Made by a program: the position numbers and the translations under genes
Assembly: GCA_038065955.1 (NCBI GenBank)
Contig: JBBTPY010000001.1
Location: 1,890-65,889, forward strand
Source: Patescibacteria group bacterium
GTDB lineage: Bacteria; Patescibacteriota; Minisyncoccia; UBA6257; UBA9933
DNA length: 64,000 bases
Reading direction: 5' to 3'
Notes under the pieces: model-generated
The model's input: only the letters and a program-made list of their open reading frames with translations
Told to the model about the DNA's origin: nothing
Database searches by the model: none
Shown: positions 58,391-64,000 of the stretch, piece by piece
Layout: each line of letters starts with the position of its first letter
How positions within the stretch are numbered: position 1 is the first letter of the stretch

Positions 58391-59197
58391 CTACCGCGAG
58401 AACGCCGGGGTAAGAGAAATCTTATTCCCTCCAACAGCCGCAGTGAATTCTTTTAATCTCAAAAACGCGTGAGGCGCTTGTTCCTTATGGTTAAGCGCTG
58501 TTGACGTTGATGGCGACGACAAATCAATGGAAACAATGAAATCATCTCCAGTCGCAATCACCCTGTTATTCTGCACCCTGTCAAGGAACAGAATATCGCC
58601 CTTCTCTTTATAAACAATACCTGATAACTGCCAGCGATTATTAATCGCATCATTCACCTTAATCTTCATCACCCTATTTCCTTCAGTGAAAAGAAGATTG
58701 TCGCTGTCTAATATCCTAATGTTTCTTACGTTAATATCGGGAACAGTTTTAAGATAAAACATACCGAAAGAATCGGCGATGTAGCACCTTATAGGCATAA
58801 TGGGCGCCGACAAAAACGCGTAAGCCGGGAAAAATGCCGATGTCATGCTTTTTTCAAGCATAACGGAGACGATTTTTTCCGCCGCAAGTTTTACTTGCGA
58901 CGAAATATTTCCTGCCGCTCCAATGTTTCCTGCCGCCTCAATGATTGTTCTCTCAATCCTGTTCCCGTTTTTCAAAATCTGAATCGAGAACAGTCTCGCA
59001 TAATACCTTTGATTATCCACATTCGGAAGAGGTAATAAAACCTTTTCCTTCACAGAGACAATCCTTGATAATCTCATTACCTCAATATCGTCTCCGTCAA
59101 ACGGAAACGCCATAGAGATGATTCTTTTCGGGTCCTCCTTGGTAATATTGTTAATAGATACTCTTCCAACTTCCAACGACACTTTTTCCATAATCAA
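58391..59197 (-). CDS. Orphan hypothetical protein (beta-rich)
   Basis: 268-aa ORF, strong AAGGAGG SD, flanked by a 16-bp inverted repeat. Confidence 0.7.
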   Translation of the reverse strand: MIMEKVSLEVGRVSINNITKEDPKRIISMAFPFDGDDIEVMRLSRIVSVKEKVLLPLPNVDNQRYYARLFSIQILKNGNRIERTIIEAAGNIGAAGNISSQVKLAAEKIVSVMLEKSMTSAFFPAYAFLSAPIMPIRCYIADSFGMFYLKTVPDINVRNIRILDSDNLLFTEGNRVMKIKVNDAINNRWQLSGIVYKEKGDILFLDRVQNNRVIATGDDFIVSIDLSSPSTSTALNHKEQAPHAFLRLKEFTAAVGGNKISLTPAFSR

Positions 59198-59291
59198 TTT
59201 CCTCCTTATTGTTTTTCAGATTAATAAACATCCCTTTGCCGAGGATATCTGATATTTAAAAGAACAATTTTTAAATATATATTAAACAATT

Positions 59292-59780
59292 CTATTTGTC
59301 AAGAAACACGCGTTCTTCTTCGCCGTAAACGGCTTCAAAATCAAGTTTTTTATAATCAAAAAGTTCATCCGCGTTGAAAAATCGCCAAATTTCTTTTTCA
59401 GCGTTTTCAATAGAATCCGAAGCGTGAATAATATTCATCTGGGAGGAAACGGAAAAATCACCGCGGATTGTCCCCATATCGGCGTTTCTTCCGGAAGTCG
59501 CTCCGCAAACCATTCTAACGACTTTTACCGCTTCTATTCCTTCTAAAACCATTACCGTTACCGGAGACTGCTTCATATATTTTTTTAACCCTTCAAAAAA
59601 CGGCTTATCTTTATGATGAATATAATGTTCCTCTAAAAGAATATCGCTCAATTGCATCATTTTAAGACCGACTATTTTTAATCCTTTTTGTTCAAAACGC
59701 CCGATTATTTTTCCAAGAATATTTCTCTGTAAAGCGTCGGGCTTAATTATTACTAAAGTTTTTTCTTCGTATAATTTCAT
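59292..59780 (-). CDS. ndk: Nucleoside diphosphate kinase
   Basis: 'IIKPDA', 'HY..H.DKPFF', 'GTIRGDF', 'NIIHASDS'. Confidence 0.96.
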   Translation of the reverse strand: MKLYEEKTLVIIKPDALQRNILGKIIGRFEQKGLKIVGLKMMQLSDILLEEHYIHHKDKPFFEGLKKYMKQSPVTVMVLEGIEAVKVVRMVCGATSGRNADMGTIRGDFSVSSQMNIIHASDSIENAEKEIWRFFNADELFDYKKLDFEAVYGEEERVFLDK

Positions 59781-59797
59781 GATAAATATAATACCAA

Positions 59798-61189
59798 TTA
59801 TCTTTTCTTTTTTATTTCAATACTAAGTTCATTTAATTGTTCTTTTCCTACCTCGGCCGGGGCGCCCATCATTAAATCGCGGCCGTCGCCGGTTTTAGGA
59901 AACGCAATGACTTCGCGAATATTCGGTTCGTCCAATAAAATCGCCATCAACCTGTCAACCCCCAAAGCGATGCCGCCGTGAGGCGGAGCGCCAAAATTAA
60001 AAGCTTCAAGCAAATGACCGAAGCGTTCCCGATAAATTTCCTGTTTCAATCCGAGAATGCCGAAAATTTTTTCCTGTAAATCTTTTTGATAAATTCTGAT
60101 TGAACCTCCGCCTATTTCAAAGCCGTTAAGCACAATATCATAGGCTCTTGCCCGGACGTTTTTAGGATTTTTATCAAGCGTTTCCAAATCTTCCAGATGA
60201 GGCGAAGTAAAAAGATGATGCATTGAAACAAGTTTCTTTTCCGTTTCGGAATATTCAAAAAGCGGAAAATCAGTCACCCATAAAAACGCCAATTCGCCGT
60301 TATTATTTTTATCGCTCCGCACATCCGGCTTATCGGTTTTATGCTTTTCTAAAATATGACCGTAAATTTCTTGAGGAAACGGCTTTTGCCAGATTTTCTT
60401 TTCAGGAAAGAATTTTTCAATAATGGAGATTAAAAGTTCTTCTGTTAATCCGATTATTTCATTTTCATCGGTAAAACTCATTTCTAAATCCAACTGCGTA
60501 AATTCCGGTTGGCGGTCGCCACGAGTGTCTTCATCGCGGAAACATTTGGCAATTTGAAAATATCTTTCAAATCCGGCAACCATTAAAAGCTGTTTATATT
60601 GCTGAGGAGATTGCGGCAAAGCGTAAAATTTTCCCGATTCCAAACGCGAAGGCACCAAATAATCGCGCGCTCCCTCAGGAGTTGATTTTCCTAAAATCGG
60701 AGTTTCAATTTCAACGAAATCTTTTTCAATTAAAAAATCGCGGATAAATTTAATGATTTCGGCGCGCATTTTCAAATTTTTTTGGAGCCGGCTTCTTCGT
60801 AGGTCAAGATAACGGTATTTCATCCGCGCTTCTTCGCCGATTTCGCGACCGTCGGTATCAATGAAAATAGGCAATGTTTCCGAAGGATTCAAAATTTCCA
60901 ATTTTTCCGCCTGAATTTCAAATTCGCCGGTAATAATTTCCGGATTTTCCATTCCTTTGGGTCGGCGGCTGATTTTGCCGATTATTTTAATCACCCATTC
61001 GGAACGCAATTTTTGGGCGTTTTCATAAACTTCTTTATTGACCGGCAAAAACACCGTTTGAACAACGCCGCTTCGGTCGCGCAAATCAATAAAAATAAGT
61101 TTGCCGTGGTCTCTTCGTGTCGTCACCCAACCCATTAATTCCACCTGCTCTCCTTCTTTGTTAATAATTTCCCTGGTTAAAACGCGCAT
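59798..61189 (-). CDS. aspS: Aspartate--tRNA ligase (short, no GAD insert, probably non-discriminating)
   Basis: 'RRDHG.LIFIDLRD', 'TPEGARDY', 'ALPQSPQQYKQ', 'DRQPEFTQLD', 'GAPPHGG'. Confidence 0.96.
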   Translation of the reverse strand: MRVLTREIINKEGEQVELMGWVTTRRDHGKLIFIDLRDRSGVVQTVFLPVNKEVYENAQKLRSEWVIKIIGKISRRPKGMENPEIITGEFEIQAEKLEILNPSETLPIFIDTDGREIGEEARMKYRYLDLRRSRLQKNLKMRAEIIKFIRDFLIEKDFVEIETPILGKSTPEGARDYLVPSRLESGKFYALPQSPQQYKQLLMVAGFERYFQIAKCFRDEDTRGDRQPEFTQLDLEMSFTDENEIIGLTEELLISIIEKFFPEKKIWQKPFPQEIYGHILEKHKTDKPDVRSDKNNNGELAFLWVTDFPLFEYSETEKKLVSMHHLFTSPHLEDLETLDKNPKNVRARAYDIVLNGFEIGGGSIRIYQKDLQEKIFGILGLKQEIYRERFGHLLEAFNFGAPPHGGIALGVDRLMAILLDEPNIREVIAFPKTGDGRDLMMGAPAEVGKEQLNELSIEIKKKR

Positions 61190-61201
61190 TTAAAAAGTTT
61201 A

Positions 61202-62062
61202 TCATTTATTTTTAAAAATGTTAATCATTCCTCTGTCATTAATTATTAATTTAATCGTTCCATCATTGTCTGTGCGGAAAATACGCGCGCCGGCCGATGT
61301 CAGACGATTTAAAGCCGCGACCGTCGGATGGCCGTAATTATTTTTACCGACCTCAATTACCGCAATTTTTGCTCCTATTTTTTTTAAAAATTCTTCTCCC
61401 GAAGAAAATTTGGAACCATGATGGCCGACTTTCAAAATATCGGCTTTAATGTCAAAATTTTTCGCCAAATAATCCTCCACATTTTTGCCAATATCGCCGG
61501 TAAATAAAATATCCGCCGCCGAATTTAAACCGCCAAGCTTCATCACAAGAGTCGTATCATTTAATTCCGAACTTTTCAAAAAATCGGACGTGGGCGAAAG
61601 AATGTCAAACCGGCTGTCTTGATATTTTATTTTATCGTTACCGGCTAAAATAATTTCCGGAATTTTATTTTCTTTTAGAGCTTTTTTCAAATCGGCAAAG
61701 GATTTCGCCTCTCCTTCGCGGCCGTTATAAATAAAAGCGCCAACTTTGTATCTTTTTAAAACTTCAATTAAACCGGCAAAATGGTCGTATTGAGGATGAG
61801 ATAAAATCACCAAATCAATATAACGGTCGGTCGGCGCCAAAACCGAAGACAATTCATTTAAAACTTTTTTATTCGGACCGCCGTCAATTAAAACTTGAAC
61901 GCCTGACGGCAAATTCACCAGCTGGCTATCCCCTTGCCCGACATCTAAAAAATAAACTTCCAGATTTTTATTCGGCCCGCCCAAAACAATTTGAGACCAA
62001 ACAAAAAAATCAAAAATGATTAAAAAGATTCCGATTAAAATCAGCCGGTCGCGCGAAAACAT
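61202..62062 (-). CDS. ComEC/Rec2-like metallo-beta-lactamase domain protein
   Basis: 'FLDVGQGDS', 'LIDGG', 'SHPQYDH', 'FTGD', 'KVGHHGS', 'YGHP', 'RTD.DG'. Confidence 0.9.
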   Translation of the reverse strand: MFSRDRLILIGIFLIIFDFFVWSQIVLGGPNKNLEVYFLDVGQGDSQLVNLPSGVQVLIDGGPNKKVLNELSSVLAPTDRYIDLVILSHPQYDHFAGLIEVLKRYKVGAFIYNGREGEAKSFADLKKALKENKIPEIILAGNDKIKYQDSRFDILSPTSDFLKSSELNDTTLVMKLGGLNSAADILFTGDIGKNVEDYLAKNFDIKADILKVGHHGSKFSSGEEFLKKIGAKIAVIEVGKNNYGHPTVAALNRLTSAGARIFRTDNDGTIKLIINDRGMINIFKNK

Positions 62063-62115
62063 AAAATTAGCTATTTTTATTGCTTCTGCCTTTTTTTAAT
62101 AATACAATTAAATCA

Positions 62116-62394
62116 ATGGATAACAAAGATTATTTAAAAACCCTTAAAGAACGCGCCAAAAAATCCCGCGTTTACAAAAAATACCAATTTACCGGCCTTT
62201 TAATCGCCCAACTATTGAACGACGAAAAGCACAAATCGCTTTATATTAAACTGGCGAAAAAACATTCCGGCGACCATTTATTAAGTATCGCCAAAGACGT
62301 TTCCGAAAGAAAAAAAATAGAAAATAAAGGAGCTTATTTTATGAAAGTGCTGATAAAAACGCATCCGGATATTTTGAAAGATAAAAAGAGTTAA
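62116..62394 (+). CDS. Hypothetical protein
   Basis: 'YQFTGL.IA..L.DEKHKSLYIKLAK...NKGAYFM'; start set to ATG 62116. Confidence 0.7.
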   Translation: MDNKDYLKTLKERAKKSRVYKKYQFTGLLIAQLLNDEKHKSLYIKLAKKHSGDHLLSIAKDVSERKKIENKGAYFMKVLIKTHPDILKDKKS

Positions 62395-62456
62395 AAAAAT
62401 ATGGGATTATTACTAATCCCATATAATGTACTATTTTATTCTTATGCGAAATAACA

Positions 62457-62651
62457 CTATAAACCCTTAATAAAGAGTCTGATGCCTCCTATACCATCGA
62501 AAAAATATGCGCTATTTGGACTCAACAGACTCGGCAAGCGACCGTCAGAACAAAAAATCGTGGCGTGGTCTATTTTACATCTCTTCAATAATTTTTCTGC
62601 TTTTTCGCTTTCTTCTGATTGATCCCTTAATAAAATTATTTTTCCTTCCAT
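62457..62651 (-). CDS. Small hypothetical protein (glutaredoxin-like layout, no CxxC)
   Basis: SD AAGGGGG; 64 aa; hairpin atatgggatta..taatcccatat downstream. Confidence 0.5.
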   Translation of the reverse strand: MEGKIILLRDQSEESEKAEKLLKRCKIDHATIFCSDGRLPSLLSPNSAYFFDGIGGIRLFIKGL

Positions 62652-62815
62652 ATTAATCCCCCTTTCTTTATTTTTAAATCTAATCTTATTAAATAATCTT
62701 CTTCGTAATGCTCATTCAATCTATTTGGACAAGATTCATTACAACGATCGCAAGCATCACTGTCTTTAAATTTACATGATTTTTCTTCCTCATAATCGTC
62801 GTTATATCGCGTCAT
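62636..62815 (-). CDS. Small Cys-rich hypothetical protein
   Basis: AAGGAGGT SD; C-x6-C-x2-C-x3-C. Confidence 0.5.
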   Translation of the reverse strand: MTRYNDDYEEEKSCKFKDSDACDRCNESCPNRLNEHYEEDYLIRLDLKIKKGGLIWKEK

Positions 62816-62954
62816 AAACACCTCCTTTTATTGTTTTAAACAACCTAATTCTTATTTTTTATTTAAAAGAACAAAATAATAAATAACTGGTTTTATACGC
62901 AATATCTGCGGATAAAATTTGTATTTTGTATAAAAATACTGAATAATCATACTT

Positions 62955-63509
62955 ATGAAAATCTTAACTGTCAATGACAAAAAAGAGGAAAAATTTTTGC
63001 GGACTAAAACCGCGAATTTTGATTTTTCAAAGTTTACCAAAAAAGACATTGGCGAATTGATTAAAAAAATGCGCGAAGCGATGAATAAAGCCGTTGGCAT
63101 CGGTTTAAGCGCAAATCAGATAGGTTTGGATTTGAGATTGTTTGTCGCCAAAATTTCAAATAAACCGTTAAAACGAGACAAAAATAATAAAATAATCTTG
63201 CCACCGCCGGGAGAAATGAAATTTTACGCGATTTTTAATCCGGAAATTACGAAGTTTTCCGAAAAAAAAATCATAATGGAAGAAGGCTGTTTAAGCGTCC
63301 CGGGAATTTACGGCTTGGTTGAACGACCGGAAAGCGTTGTTTTAAAAGGATACAATCGCTATGCTAAACCGCTCACCGTTAAAGCCGATGGATTATTAGC
63401 CAGAGTTTTCCAGCACGAAACGGACCATCTGAACGGCATACTTTTTATTGATAAATGCGACAAGATATATACAATAAATACTAAATTCCAAAATCCAAAT
63501 TCTAAATAA
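62955..63509 (+). CDS. def: Peptide deformylase
   Basis: 'GIGLSANQIG', EGCLS, QHETDH. Confidence 0.96.
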   Translation: MKILTVNDKKEEKFLRTKTANFDFSKFTKKDIGELIKKMREAMNKAVGIGLSANQIGLDLRLFVAKISNKPLKRDKNNKIILPPPGEMKFYAIFNPEITKFSEKKIIMEEGCLSVPGIYGLVERPESVVLKGYNRYAKPLTVKADGLLARVFQHETDHLNGILFIDKCDKIYTINTKFQNPNSK

Positions 63510-63930
63510 ATTACAAATTTTAAAAATTAAATCTCTCCGCCGAAGGCGGATCCGCCTTCGGCGGAAAATCTCAAATTTACATCTTATCTTGCTGTAAAAT
63601 AAAATCTTAAAACAAATACAAAATCCTAAATTCTAAATAATATCAAAATCCAAAATTTAAAACTCAAAATACGCGAATTATTATTTTTTGAATTTTGAAT
63701 TTTAATCATTTGAATTTATTTGGGATTTATCCCCCACATAAAATTATGTGAGGGGATTTAGAATTATAAGACTTATATCATATCAATTTCGGTTATTTCA
63801 ACGATCGTTGAAATAACCGAAATTGGCTGAAACATTAAATATTCTCCTGTAAAATTAATAAATGATTTTAGATTTTGAATTTAAAGCTATAGATTTAACA
63901 TTTGATTTGTGTTTTTGAGATTTTAGATTT
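63476..63930. repeat. Composite repeat region between def and fmt
   Basis: AAATYY-type heptamers on the left, inverse heptamers on the right, 30-bp perfect palindrome 63536-63565, hairpin 63729-63757. Confidence 0.85.
63783..63826. repeat. 44-bp palindrome, MITE-like family (copy 4 of 4)
   Basis: tcaatttcggttatttcaacgatcgttgaaataaccgaaattgg + ctgaaacattaaatattctcctgtaaaattaataaatgatt tail. Confidence 0.92.
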
Positions 63931-63934
63931 AATT

Positions 63935-64000
63935 ATGAATTACATTTTTTTCGGTTCTCCCGATTTCGCCGCCATTATACTGGAAAAACTTATTAACGCC
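63935..64000 (+). CDS. fmt: Methionyl-tRNA formyltransferase (5' part only)
   Basis: MNYIFFGSPDFAAIILEKL; canonical position after def. Confidence 0.9.
   Translation, partial: MNYIFFGSPDFAAIILEKLINA

Overview
AT-rich bacterial chromosome segment whose gene set and style (short AlaRS, GAD-less AspRS, single-chain PheRS, type IV pilin, Cys-rich secreted repeat protein, TGA used as stop) point to a Parcubacteria/CPR genome. The backbone is housekeeping: rarA, GH57-glgA, uppP, alaS-pheS-rpoD-dnaG, htpX-rseP-frr, holB-mreB, dnaE-thrS, gatCA, trpS, ndk-aspS, def-fmt, plus tRNA-Asn, tRNA-Ser and tRNA-Asp. Two decayed islands lie 3' of tRNA-Asn (about 16.3-20.6 kb) and tRNA-Ser (about 32.5-40.1 kb) and hold collapsed relics resembling large serine recombinases. 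The most striking structure is a pair of minimal GIY-YIG nuclease cassettes, each bounded by a duplicated tRNA piece whose conserved loop is broken by a short palindrome. The same palindrome families recur across the window, including in-frame inside genes such as alaS. This suggests a GIY-YIG/tRNA/palindrome mobile system (inference). All family assignments come from motif recognition by eye; no database searches were run.
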